From Candidatus Saccharimonadota bacterium (GTDB taxonomy: Bacteria; Patescibacteriota; Gracilibacteria; UBA4473), in contig JACKFV010000001.1 of NCBI GenBank assembly GCA_020632335.1, forward strand, positions 210,001-242,000: DNA of 32,000 bases, in the 5' to 3' direction. This document shows, piece by piece, positions 16,346-24,878 of the stretch (its first letter is position 1; each line of letters starts with the position of its first letter). The notes beneath the pieces are model-generated. The model ran no database searches, had not been told where the DNA came from, and saw only the letters and a list, made by a program, of their open reading frames with translations. A program made the translations under genes and the position numbers.

Positions 16346-18130
16346 TCAACGCTCGTCTTCTTCCGGCTCTATGCCGATCATGCCCCCCTGCTGGTGCGCG
16401 CACAGCTCCGCGTACACCCCCCCCAGCGCTAGCAGCTCCTCGTGCCGCCCCTCCTCCACCACCTCTCCTCGACGCAGCACGATGATCCGGTCCATCTGCA
16501 TGATGGTGCTCAGCCGATGCGCGATCACCAGCGTCGTCCGCCCCTCCATCAGCGCCGTGAACGACTGCTGGATATACTGCTCTGACACTGTATCCAGGCT
16601 ACTGGTTGCCTCGTCGAGGATGAGCAGCGGCGCCTGCTTCAGCATTGCCCGGGCGATGGCCACCCGCTGGCGCTCTCCGCCGCTCAGCTTGACCCCGCGC
16701 TCCCCCACCAGCGTCTCATAGCCCCTCGGCAGCTGCGTGATGAACTCGTGCGCGTGCGCCTTCTTGGCCGCCGTGATGACCTCCTCGTCGGTCGCGTCGG
16801 GCCGCCCGTAGGCGATATTTTCCCGCACCGAGCGGTGAAACAGCAGGCTCTCTTGCGGCACGTAGCTGATGTGTCGCCGCAGGTCGTCTTGCGTCAGGTG
16901 GGCGATGTTTTGCCCGTCGATGGTGATGGCCCCTGACTGTGGGTCCATGAACCGCAGCAGGAGCTTGGTCAGCGTGCTCTTCCCGCTCCCAGACTGCCCC
17001 ACAATGCCCACGCGCTGCCCTGCGGGTATGTGCAGATCTAGCTGGTGGAAGACCGCTTTTCCCTCATCGGTATACGCAAAGCTGAGATTCTCGAGGCTGA
17101 TTTCTCCTCGTGTGATGTGGCAGGGTTCTGGCGTGGGTGGGTCGAGGACCTCCACCGGACTCTCCATAATCTCGACGAGTTCAACACCACTACTCAGGGC
17201 TTTCTCGAAATTCTTAACATCTTGCCCGAAGCTTGCCAAGGAGCGGTTGAGCTTCAGCGCGTAGGTCTGGATCAGCACGATGGTACCGATGGTAATAGTG
17301 CCCGAAGACCACAGGGAGAGAGACACCACGAGAATGAGTATCTGCAGCCCATAGCCGAGGAGGTCTTGGATGCTCTCCATCCCCTGCCCCCATCCCCAAG
17401 CGTACCACCGCGACACGGCTTCCTCACGCACCTGCCCGGCGTAGACGGCTTGCTCCTCGGAGGATCGGCTGAAGGACTTCACCGCGAAGACATTGGTGAT
17501 GATGTCAGCCAGAGAGCCATCTACCTTTGATTTCTGTCGATTCACGCGGAGGCTCCAGCGGTAGAAGGGCTTCTTTATCCACCAGAGAAGCCCTACAAAG
17601 ACCCCACTCCAGCCGAGAAAGAGCAGCCCCACCACCGCCGAATGCCAGAAGAGCACGACTAGCGAGGCGAAATACACCACAAGAAACTGGGGGATACTGT
17701 GGACGATAATCCAGTTGAGGTCAAAGAAGATGTCTCGGGTACGGGTCATTTGCGAGATCAGAGCACCGATTTTCTGGTTAATAAAGAAGCGATGAGAGTG
17801 CGCCATCACTCGCTGGAGTACCTCATTTTGGAATCGCTCTAGAGTATTAATAACCACTGAGTGGTGTAGCCAGTACTGGATGCGCTCCAGTACAAAGGCC
17901 ACCGCGGTGGTTATACCCGCTCCTACAATGGCCTGTCTCGCCAGGAGAATGCCCTGCTCACGGTGCTCCATCCCCAGCTCTAGCGCGTCAAAAAACTGCG
18001 CCACAAAGAGCGGCACCACGATATCCGCTGCGATGATGACCAGTATGGTGAGGAAGATCTTCCAGATATACCCCCACTTCTCGTGCTGCACTACAAGCGT
18101 ATAGAGATAGCGAATGATCGGATTTCTCAT
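16346..18130 (-). CDS. ABC exporter, fused permease/ATPase (MsbA/ABCB-type half transporter)
   Basis: 594 aa with six N-terminal TM helices. Walker A 'GQSGSGKST', signature 'LSGGERQRV' and Walker B 'LLILDEATS' are present. ATG verified. Confidence 0.9.
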   Translation of the reverse strand: MRNPIIRYLYTLVVQHEKWGYIWKIFLTILVIIAADIVVPLFVAQFFDALELGMEHREQGILLARQAIVGAGITTAVAFVLERIQYWLHHSVVINTLERFQNEVLQRVMAHSHRFFINQKIGALISQMTRTRDIFFDLNWIIVHSIPQFLVVYFASLVVLFWHSAVVGLLFLGWSGVFVGLLWWIKKPFYRWSLRVNRQKSKVDGSLADIITNVFAVKSFSRSSEEQAVYAGQVREEAVSRWYAWGWGQGMESIQDLLGYGLQILILVVSLSLWSSGTITIGTIVLIQTYALKLNRSLASFGQDVKNFEKALSSGVELVEIMESPVEVLDPPTPEPCHITRGEISLENLSFAYTDEGKAVFHQLDLHIPAGQRVGIVGQSGSGKSTLTKLLLRFMDPQSGAITIDGQNIAHLTQDDLRRHISYVPQESLLFHRSVRENIAYGRPDATDEEVITAAKKAHAHEFITQLPRGYETLVGERGVKLSGGERQRVAIARAMLKQAPLLILDEATSSLDTVSEQYIQQSFTALMEGRTTLVIAHRLSTIMQMDRIIVLRRGEVVEEGRHEELLALGGVYAELCAHQQGGMIGIEPEEDER

Positions 18131-18169
18131 AGCGGCACTGTAACCAGGAGCTCTGGTGTGGCAAGCAGG

Positions 18170-19300
18170 CTACCTCCAGCGTTTACTCTGGGTGAAGGAG
18201 ACGTGCTCTGAGATATGCAGCAGCATACCCAGACTCAGCAGCGTGAAGATGAGGCTGGACCCCCCAGAGGAAATGAGCGGCAGCGTAATGCCTGTATTGG
18301 GGAAGAGCGCTAGATTCACCGCAATATTGGCAAAGGCCTGCCCCACCACCATGGTCGTCAGCCCCACAGCCAGGTAGCGAGTGAAGTCATCCGGGGCGTA
18401 GCGCGCTATGCGAAACCCCCGGTAGGCGATGAAGAGATACAGCCCCAGCAGCAGCACAATACGCACAAATCCCAGCTCCTCACTGATGGCGGCAAAGATG
18501 GTATCTGACTGTACCTCGGGCAGGTAGTCAAACTTCTGTATCCCCTGCTGGAACCCTCGCCCCCACACTCCCCCAGAGCCAATGGCGATGAGCGCCTGCT
18601 CTATCTGGTACGCGGCATCTGACCCGGCCTCTGGCTGCCAAAAGGTCATGAGACGCCGGAGCACGTAGTCGTAATTGAGGATTTTAATCAGCCCCAGTAC
18701 CCCCAGCAGCCCCCCCATCCCCCCCAGCAGGATATGCCGCACATGCCCCCCCGCCGCAAAGTACACCGCCAGCGAACTCAGCACCAGCACGGCCAGAGAC
18801 CCCAGGTCTGGCTGCGCGAAGATGAGCGCCGCGGGCACCCCCAGCACGATGAAGAAGGGCAGAAGCCCGCCCCCCACGGTGTCAGCGTCCAGCTTCCCCG
18901 AGCCGAACATCGCCGAGAAAAACACGATGATAGCGGGCTTCATGTACTCCACCGGCTGCAGCGACGGTAGCGGCCCCAGCTGTAGCCACTGCCGCGCGGC
19001 GGTGTTATAGTCCGTCCCCACCACAAAAACCGCTATCAGCAGTGCTACCCCCACCAGATAAATAAGCGGCGAGAAGCGCTTGAGCGACTCGTAGGGGAAG
19101 CGGTAGCCGAGGAAAAAAGCCCCCACCCCCAGCGCCAAATAGCGCATATGCCGGAAGAAATAGAAGTTATTGGTCGGGCCGGTGAGGCTGTCCTTGGTGA
19201 GTTCGTAGCTGGCTGAGATGCTCATGGAGCTCATCATCACCAGCCCAAACACCGCCAGCACCACCACCGCCAAGAGAAGCCACCGGTCAAAAGCCTTCAT
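18170..19300 (-). CDS. ftsW: SEDS-family peptidoglycan polymerase FtsW/RodA
   Basis: 'YLPEVQSDTIFAAISEELG' and 'LPLISSGGSSL' are SEDS hallmarks. The track start 19324 is a GTG, so I use the first ATG (19300, 'MKAFDRW'). Confidence 0.85.
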   Translation of the reverse strand: MKAFDRWLLLAVVVLAVFGLVMMSSMSISASYELTKDSLTGPTNNFYFFRHMRYLALGVGAFFLGYRFPYESLKRFSPLIYLVGVALLIAVFVVGTDYNTAARQWLQLGPLPSLQPVEYMKPAIIVFFSAMFGSGKLDADTVGGGLLPFFIVLGVPAALIFAQPDLGSLAVLVLSSLAVYFAAGGHVRHILLGGMGGLLGVLGLIKILNYDYVLRRLMTFWQPEAGSDAAYQIEQALIAIGSGGVWGRGFQQGIQKFDYLPEVQSDTIFAAISEELGFVRIVLLLGLYLFIAYRGFRIARYAPDDFTRYLAVGLTTMVVGQAFANIAVNLALFPNTGITLPLISSGGSSLIFTLLSLGMLLHISEHVSFTQSKRWR

Positions 19301-19348
19301 GCTGAGGGAGCATAGCCCGTGCACGGCGCTTGTACACTCGGAATTGTA

Positions 19349-19849
19349 CTACGCGTCTGGACTCGGCATAGCAGCACTATACGCCTGCTGGAGGGCCGCT
19401 ATATCGAGTCGGCGCATATGCCACAATGCCTGGGTGAGCGCGGCACACTGCGCGGGAGTCCCCTCTCTCATCCAGGTGTCATAGGCTGTGGGGAGTATCT
19501 GCCAGCTCACGCCGAAGGGATCTCTCACCCATCCGCAGTAGAGATCCTCCCCTCCCTCCGCCACCAGAGCGCTCCAGTAGTGGTCTATCTCGGCCTGGTC
19601 GCTGCACCATAGCATGAGGGACATGGCGGGGGTCAGCTGGTACTCGGGCCCGCCATTCAGCAGGAGGAAGTCATGCCCGGCCATACGCAGGCTGAGCGTC
19701 ATGGGGGTGCCAGCGGGCATTTGCAGAGGGTTGGGCTCGGTGTATACGTTCTGATACAGCACCTGAGCGTCCGGGAAAACACGAGTATAGAAGGCCGCTG
19801 CGGCTTCCAGTTTGCCGTCCAGCCAAATGCAGGTAGCCAGCGATGTCAT
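19349..19849 (-). CDS. VOC/glyoxalase-superfamily protein (PhnB / '3-demethylubiquinone-9 3-methyltransferase'-domain type)
   Basis: 166 aa. '[22 protein letters not shown]' and '[17 protein letters not shown]' match that family's conserved blocks. Its ATG overlaps the msrAB stop (ATGA at 19846-19849). Confidence 0.7.
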   Translation of the reverse strand: MTSLATCIWLDGKLEAAAAFYTRVFPDAQVLYQNVYTEPNPLQMPAGTPMTLSLRMAGHDFLLLNGGPEYQLTPAMSLMLWCSDQAEIDHYWSALVAEGGEDLYCGWVRDPFGVSWQILPTAYDTWMREGTPAQCAALTQALWHMRRLDIAALQQAYSAAMPSPDA

Positions 19850-21021
19850 GGTGTGGGGGTGCTAAAAAGGGGAAGATAGTCACCGTAGCCCTCGGCCTCG
19901 AGGGACTCCAGGGGGATAAAGCGCAGCGACGCGGAGTTGGTACAGTAGCGCAGGCCGGTGGTATCCGCGGGGCCATCAGTGAAGACATGCCCCAGGTGGG
20001 TATCGCCCGAGCGAGAGCGGATCTCGGTGCGCTGCATACCCAGGGTGGTATCGGGCAGCTCAATGATGGCGCTGGGGTCCAGAGGCTGGTCGAAGCTCGG
20101 CCACCCTGACCCCGAGTCGTACTTATGCGTGGAGGAGAAGAGCGGCTCGCCACTGAGCACGTCGACGTAAATACCCGGGGCGTCGTTATCCCAGTACTCG
20201 TTGGCGAAGGGCTGCTCGGTGGCGCCCTTATCGGCTATCTGGCAGACCTCCAGCGGGAGGGAATCCAGTACCTCCAGGCGGCGCTCCGGGGTGAGGGTAT
20301 AGGGGTTCTCGGCTAGGGGGCGCTCCTCCAGCGAGGCCGTGAGCGCGTCTTTCTTGGCCTGCTCCCGGGTGTAGGGCCCGCGCCCAGAGCCCTCCTTATA
20401 GCGCTGGTAGCGCTCGGGGGCCTTCTTATAGTAGTCCTGGTGGTACTCCTCCGCGGGGTAGAAGGTCGGCACGGGGAGGATCTCCGTCACGATGGGGGCG
20501 CTGTGCTTGGCCTGCTCGGCGTCGCGACTGTGCTCAGCCGTGGCCTGCTCCTCGGGCGTGGCGTAGTAGATGGCGGTGGTGTACTGGTGCCCACGGTCAG
20601 CGAATTGCCCGCCGTCATCAGTGGGGTCTATCTGCCGCCAGAAGGTCTGCAGGAGCGCTGCGTAGCTGGTCACGGTGGGGTCATAGTACACCTGTACGGC
20701 CTCTCTGTGGGGGGTGGTGCCGGTGCTCACCTGGGCATAGCTGGCCTCTGCGCTACTCCCCCCGGCATAGCCACTCACGGCCGCATAGACCCCCGGCAGC
20801 GCCTCCATCGGCGCCTCTATACACCAGAAGCACCCCCCGGCAAACGTGGCTACCGCGGCGGCATCAGGTATAAGGGACGGCATAGCAGCAGGAGATAGAA
20901 GCACACGCGCGCGAGACGCCCCCCACGCCACAGCGCCGAGCACGAGAAGGAACAGTATGAGGGGCCAGCGTCGCATAGGGGCAGCATAGGCAACCAGCGC
21001 GAGAAGCCAAGCGTCTGCCAT
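19846..21021 (-). CDS. msrAB: Membrane-anchored bifunctional methionine sulfoxide reductase MsrA-MsrB
   Basis: '[10 protein letters not shown]' is the MsrA active site and '[11 protein letters not shown]' is the MsrB active site. The N-terminus is hydrophobic ('[20 protein letters not shown]'). The track start 21036 is a TTG. In-frame ATGs are at 21021 and 20976; 20976 gives the cleanest signal-anchor. Confidence 0.88.
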   Translation of the reverse strand: MADAWLLALVAYAAPMRRWPLILFLLVLGAVAWGASRARVLLSPAAMPSLIPDAAAVATFAGGCFWCIEAPMEALPGVYAAVSGYAGGSSAEASYAQVSTGTTPHREAVQVYYDPTVTSYAALLQTFWRQIDPTDDGGQFADRGHQYTTAIYYATPEEQATAEHSRDAEQAKHSAPIVTEILPVPTFYPAEEYHQDYYKKAPERYQRYKEGSGRGPYTREQAKKDALTASLEERPLAENPYTLTPERRLEVLDSLPLEVCQIADKGATEQPFANEYWDNDAPGIYVDVLSGEPLFSSTHKYDSGSGWPSFDQPLDPSAIIELPDTTLGMQRTEIRSRSGDTHLGHVFTDGPADTTGLRYCTNSASLRFIPLESLEAEGYGDYLPLFSTPTP

Positions 21022-21049
21022 TGCCGAGGAGGCCAAGAAATGCTATCAT
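21021..21049 (+). promoter_or_regulatory. Candidate promoter placing the TSS at the ABC-ATPase ATG
   Basis: TTGCCG (21021-21026)-N17-TATCAT (21044-21049), then 6 nt, then ATG 21056. On the other strand TATGAT (21050-21045) overlaps it, facing msrAB. Confidence 0.45.
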
Positions 21050-21055
21050 AGCCAC

Positions 21056-21751
21056 ATGGCGCTCATCGTGACCGAGAACCTGCACAAGAAGTATTTCTCC
21101 GGGCTGGAGACCGAACTCCACGTGCTTAGGGGCATCAACCTGACCATAGAGGCGGGGCAGAGCGTGGCGATCATGGGCCCCAGCGGGAGTGGGAAGAGCA
21201 CGCTCATGCACTTGCTGGGCTTCCTCGACACCGTGACGGAGGGCCGGTATTTCTTCGATGGAGAGGACGTGAGCCACTTCACCGAGGATGAGCTGGCCAG
21301 CATACGGAATACGCGCGTGGGGTTTGTCTTCCAGCAGTTTCATCTCCTCCCGCGCACCAGCGCCATCGAGAACGTGCAGCTACCGATGATCTACGCCGGG
21401 GTGAGCAGCGCTGAGCAAGTCCGTCGGGCCACCGAGGCACTGGAGGCCGTGGGGCTGGGAGACCGGCTGGACCACCTGCCCAACGAACTGAGCGGCGGGC
21501 AGCAGCAGCGGGTGAGCATAGCGCGAGCACTGGTGAATAACCCCAAGGTGCTGTTTGCCGATGAGCCGACGGGCAACCTAGACACACAGAGCAGCGAGGA
21601 AATCATGGAGATCTTCATGCAGCTGAACCGTGAGGGCAAGACGCTCATCATGGTGACGCACGAGCCGGACATAGCCCAGTACTGCGAGCGGGTCATCCAC
21701 CTGCGCGACGGGGTGATAGAGCGCGACCAGCGGCGAGCCCCCCGTGCCTAG
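21056..21751 (+). CDS. ABC transporter ATP-binding protein, MacB/LolD/FtsE-type
   Basis: 231 aa. Walker A 'GPSGSGKST', Q-loop 'FVFQQF', signature 'LSGGQQQRV' and 'LFADEPTGNLD' are present. ATG verified. Confidence 0.9.
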   Translation: MALIVTENLHKKYFSGLETELHVLRGINLTIEAGQSVAIMGPSGSGKSTLMHLLGFLDTVTEGRYFFDGEDVSHFTEDELASIRNTRVGFVFQQFHLLPRTSAIENVQLPMIYAGVSSAEQVRRATEALEAVGLGDRLDHLPNELSGGQQQRVSIARALVNNPKVLFADEPTGNLDTQSSEEIMEIFMQLNREGKTLIMVTHEPDIAQYCERVIHLRDGVIERDQRRAPRA

Positions 21752-22458
21752 CGCCCGAGATACAGCGAGCCGACTTTCGGGTCTGCGAGGAGAGAGGCGC
21801 CCGTGCCGGTGAGGGCATTACGCCCGAGCTCCAGCACATAGCCGCGGTCACTGATCTCCAGTGCTTTGGCGGCGTTCTGCTCGACCATGAGGATACTGGT
21901 GCCCTGGTCACGGATGCGCTGTATCTGCTGAAAGACCTCAGTGATGACCTTGGGCGCCAGGCCAATGCTCGGCTCGTCCAGCAGCAGCACCTCGGGGCTC
22001 AGCATCAGCCCCATACCCAGCGCCAGCATCTGCCGCTCTCCGCCGCTCAGCAGCCCCGCGGTGTGCCGTGCATAGGCCTGCAGCTGCGGGAAAAACGCCA
22101 TAATCTCCGCGTACTTCTGCTGTACTTCTGAGCGGTTGGTCATGGTGTAGGCGGCCATCTCGAGGTTCTCGGCCACAGTGAGGTCGGGGAAAATATTGAG
22201 CCCCTGTGTCACAAAGGCAATCCCAGAGCGGATGCGTGAGGCCACCGGGAGAGGGGTGAGGTCCCGCGAGCCGTGGTGCACGGTGCCGTGGCGGAGGCTA
22301 GTGAGGCCAAGAATGCTCTTCAGCAGGGTGCTCTTGCCCGCGCCGTTAGGGCCGATAATCGCAACAATCTCCCCCTCATGGAGGGTAATAGAGACCTCGT
22401 GGAGGATATCAGGGCCGTTGCCGTAGCCCGCCGTTACCGCTTCTACAGAGAGGATCAT
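21748..22458 (-). CDS. livF: Branched-chain amino acid ABC transporter ATPase LivF
   Basis: 236 aa. 'GPNGAGKSTLL', 'LSGGERQML' and 'LLLDEPSIGLAP' are present. It is the last gene of the livKHMGF order. ATG verified. Confidence 0.85.
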   Translation of the reverse strand: MILSVEAVTAGYGNGPDILHEVSITLHEGEIVAIIGPNGAGKSTLLKSILGLTSLRHGTVHHGSRDLTPLPVASRIRSGIAFVTQGLNIFPDLTVAENLEMAAYTMTNRSEVQQKYAEIMAFFPQLQAYARHTAGLLSGGERQMLALGMGLMLSPEVLLLDEPSIGLAPKVITEVFQQIQRIRDQGTSILMVEQNAAKALEISDRGYVLELGRNALTGTGASLLADPKVGSLYLGR

Positions 22459-22459
22459 G

Positions 22460-23197
22460 TTAGGCGCCTAAGTATGCTTCGAGGACTCGGGGGTCTGTCT
22501 GTACCTTCTCGGGGGTGTCTTGCATCAGGAATCTCCCATTCTCCATCACTACCACTTCGTCGGCGATGCGCATGAGGAAGGGCATGTGGTGCTCGATGAT
22601 GAGGAGGGTTTTGCCATCACGGTTCAGGCGGCGGATGAGGCGCTCCACCGTGCGCAGGAGGGTAGGGTTTACGCCCGCAGCGGGCTCGTCCAGGAGGATG
22701 AGATCAGCGTCCTGCAGCACACAGCGGAGGATCTCGACCAGTTTACTCTGGCCATAGCTCAGCTCTGCAGCGCTGTGGTCGAGGTAGTCTTGTAGCCCCA
22801 CCTCCTCTAGAAGGGCCGTGAGGCGCTCCAGGTGGAGGTCTTCATCTACCGGGGAGAAGCTGGACCACCAGCCGTCATAGGTGTGGCTGCAGGCCAGCAG
22901 GAGGTTCTCGCGCACGGTGAGGTTACGAAAAAGCCGTATCTGCTGGAAGGTCCGCGCTATGCCCTTGCGCACGATGCGGTGGGCTGGCACCCTCCGGAGG
23001 TCCTCGCCCTGGTAGAGGATCTGCCCACTCTCAGCCGGGACGAAGTGCGTGATGAGGTTAAACGCGGTAGTCTTGCCCGCGCCGTTGGGGCCGATGAGCC
23101 CCGTGATGGAGCCGGGCCGCACCGTGAAGCTCAGGCCGTCTACTGCCCGTACACCCCCGAAGGATTTGCTGAGGTTCTCGACAAGCAGGAGGGTCAT
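22460..23197 (-). CDS. livG: Branched-chain amino acid ABC transporter ATPase LivG
   Basis: 245 aa. 'LSKSFGGVRAVDGLSF', 'GPNGAGKTT', 'LSYGQSKLVE' and 'ILLDEPAAGVNP' are present. Its ATG overlaps the hicA stop (ATGA at 23194-23197). Confidence 0.85.
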   Translation of the reverse strand: MTLLLVENLSKSFGGVRAVDGLSFTVRPGSITGLIGPNGAGKTTAFNLITHFVPAESGQILYQGEDLRRVPAHRIVRKGIARTFQQIRLFRNLTVRENLLLACSHTYDGWWSSFSPVDEDLHLERLTALLEEVGLQDYLDHSAAELSYGQSKLVEILRCVLQDADLILLDEPAAGVNPTLLRTVERLIRRLNRDGKTLLIIEHHMPFLMRIADEVVVMENGRFLMQDTPEKVQTDPRVLEAYLGA

Positions 23198-23382
23198 GAT
23201 AGCGGGGGGACATCGAGTTGCTTACAGATGAGCCGTGCGGTCAGGTCTGCAATCTCTGTATGCCGTGGAACAACAGAGACGCTCCCATTGGTCCTATTTT
23301 GTACCTTCTCGTGCTTGGCGCCGCGCTGCAGGAGTATACAATTGTGCGCCTTGAGATGCATTACCAGTTGACGACGCTTCAT
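23194..23382 (-). CDS. hicA: HicA-family mRNA-interferase toxin
   Basis: 62 aa. 'MKRRQLVMHLKAHNCILLQRGAKHEKV...VSVVPRHTEIADLTARLICKQLDV' follows the HicA/YcfA pattern (K..ELxxxL, G-x-K/S-H, VPxHxxEI, ILKQ). ATG verified. Confidence 0.8.
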   Translation of the reverse strand: MKRRQLVMHLKAHNCILLQRGAKHEKVQNRTNGSVSVVPRHTEIADLTARLICKQLDVPPLS

Positions 23383-23600
23383 ACAGAAACCGTGCCAAAG
23401 AGTTCTTGTTCTATGGGACTATCGGTATCCCATTCAAACTGAGCACGGTTGCCACTCAGCATCATCTCGAGCGCCTCGGTGATGTTCTCGCGCACCTCTT
23501 CTAGTGTCTTGCCCTGGGTGATGACCCCTGGTACTTCTGGGATAGTAGCTACTATCCAACCATCTGAAGAGGTATAGGCCAGCGTAAGAGGAGTATGCAT
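23379..23600 (-). CDS. hicB: Short HicB/UPF0150-family antitoxin with no DNA-binding domain
   Basis: 73 aa from internal ATG 23600. 'SDGWIVATIPEVPGVITQGKTLEEVRENITEALEMML' matches the HicB N-terminal fold motif (PdLPGcxTqGeTleEa). Its stop overlaps the hicA ATG (ATGA at 23379-23382). Confidence 0.75.
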   Translation of the reverse strand: MHTPLTLAYTSSDGWIVATIPEVPGVITQGKTLEEVRENITEALEMMLSGNRAQFEWDTDSPIEQELFGTVSV

Positions 23601-23607
23601 GCGATGA

Positions 23608-24492
23608 TTATATGGAGGCCCTCCGGCGTGTAAAGAGCCACACCACTCCCCGAGGCGCAAAGAACATACAGCTGATGAGCAGCGCTGCGTAGAGCAGGTT
23701 GCGTGCGGGGCCGATGAGCGCGTCCGGGAAGCCCACAAAGCGCGGCACCTCCCCCAGCAGCAGCACGATAACCGTGCCCCCTATAGCGCCCGAGAAGCTC
23801 CCCTGGCCCCCTACAATGAGCATGAGCAGGAGGAAAATAATCTCTGGGAGTGCGAAAATGCTGGGGTCGAGGAAGAGCCGGTAGTGCGCGTAGAGCCCCC
23901 CTGCCACCGCTGCAAAGGCCGCACTGAGCGTCAGGCTCCACACCTGCGAGCGGAAGGTATCCTTCCCGAGGCCCTTGGCGGCGATCTCGTCATGCGCGAT
24001 GGCCCGCTGCAACCGGCCAAATGGTGAGCGAAACAGCCGCCACAGCACCCACTGGCAGGCGATGACTATCACCAAGTAGAGCGCCAGCACGGCCCAGGAG
24101 CTGCTGAACTCAACCCCTAAGATGCTCGGCTGGCTGATGCCCCGTATGCCCATGGGGCCGTTGGTGAGGGAGATCCAGTTAGTGGCCACCACGATGGCGA
24201 TCATGGCTGCCCCGAGGGTGGCGATAGCGAGGTAGTGGCCGCTCAGCCGGAGGGTCAGTAGCCCCAGCACCGCGGCAAATGCCCCCGCGATGAGCGCCCC
24301 GAGGAGGAGATTCAGGAGGAAGGGCGAGCCAAACTGCGTGCTGAGGATAGCCGCCGTGTACGCCCCCATGCCGTAGAAGATGATGTGCCCGAGGTTAAAG
24401 AGCCCGGTGAGACCAAAGCTGAGGTTATAGCTCTGGGTCAGCAGAGACCAGATCGTCATGAGAATCGCCAGCGACAGGAGGTATTCGAGCAT
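23608..24492 (-). CDS. livM: Branched-chain amino acid ABC transporter permease LivM
   Basis: 'NLSFGLTGLFNLGHIIFYGMGAYTAA' is the LivM/LivH-family core. Start set at ATG 24492 ('MLEYLLSL'), because the longer track ORF overlaps the preceding AT-rich gene. Confidence 0.8.
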   Translation of the reverse strand: MLEYLLSLAILMTIWSLLTQSYNLSFGLTGLFNLGHIIFYGMGAYTAAILSTQFGSPFLLNLLLGALIAGAFAAVLGLLTLRLSGHYLAIATLGAAMIAIVVATNWISLTNGPMGIRGISQPSILGVEFSSSWAVLALYLVIVIACQWVLWRLFRSPFGRLQRAIAHDEIAAKGLGKDTFRSQVWSLTLSAAFAAVAGGLYAHYRLFLDPSIFALPEIIFLLLMLIVGGQGSFSGAIGGTVIVLLLGEVPRFVGFPDALIGPARNLLYAALLISCMFFAPRGVVWLFTRRRASI

Positions 24493-24497
24493 GAGGT

Positions 24498-24878
24498 CTA
24501 AATACGCCCAATAAAAAAGCCCAAAATAGCCCCGATAATACCAATGAGTGTGGGAATAAGTTTGTCTCCACGCACAAAGTTGACCCACTGTACTTTTCGA
24601 AAATATTCAAATCCGTGCAATTTTTCTTGTTGTTGCTGCTTAGCTTGTTCTTCTAATTTTGATAAATGTTTATAACCGGCATCCGTTATCATTAATATGC
24701 CGCTAGCATCGGATAGGAAGGGATGAAACGAAACATACCCATTCTTCTTCATTTTAGCAGTCTCTGTATACAAAGTGGCATTACTGGCCTCAATATATTC
24801 AAAAATATCAACTTTTTGGTGTTCTTTTCTGTCTTTGAGAGCTTGGAGAACCTGGTATTCGATGGTAGAAGAGGTCAT
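24498..24878 (-). CDS. AT-rich orphan gene: winged-helix-like N-domain, Gln/Glu-rich linker and C-terminal TM anchor
   Basis: 126 aa. 'YQVLQALKD...IFEYI...KKNGYVSF...GILMITDAGYKHL', then 'EEQAKQQQQEK', then TM 'IPTLIGIIGAILGFFIG'. It starts 9 nt after the livH stop and ends 5 nt before the livM ATG. G+C is 18/60 and 24/60 in lines 24601-24660 and 24661-24720. Confidence 0.55.
   Translation of the reverse strand: MTSSTIEYQVLQALKDRKEHQKVDIFEYIEASNATLYTETAKMKKNGYVSFHPFLSDASGILMITDAGYKHLSKLEEQAKQQQQEKLHGFEYFRKVQWVNFVRGDKLIPTLIGIIGAILGFFIGRI

Noticed and set aside
19301-19324. Track start codons shown as M at 19324 (ftsW) and 21036 (msrAB).
   Set aside because: Reading the DNA shows these are GTG and TTG respectively, not ATG. 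They remain possible, but I preferred the next in-frame ATGs and noted the ambiguity.
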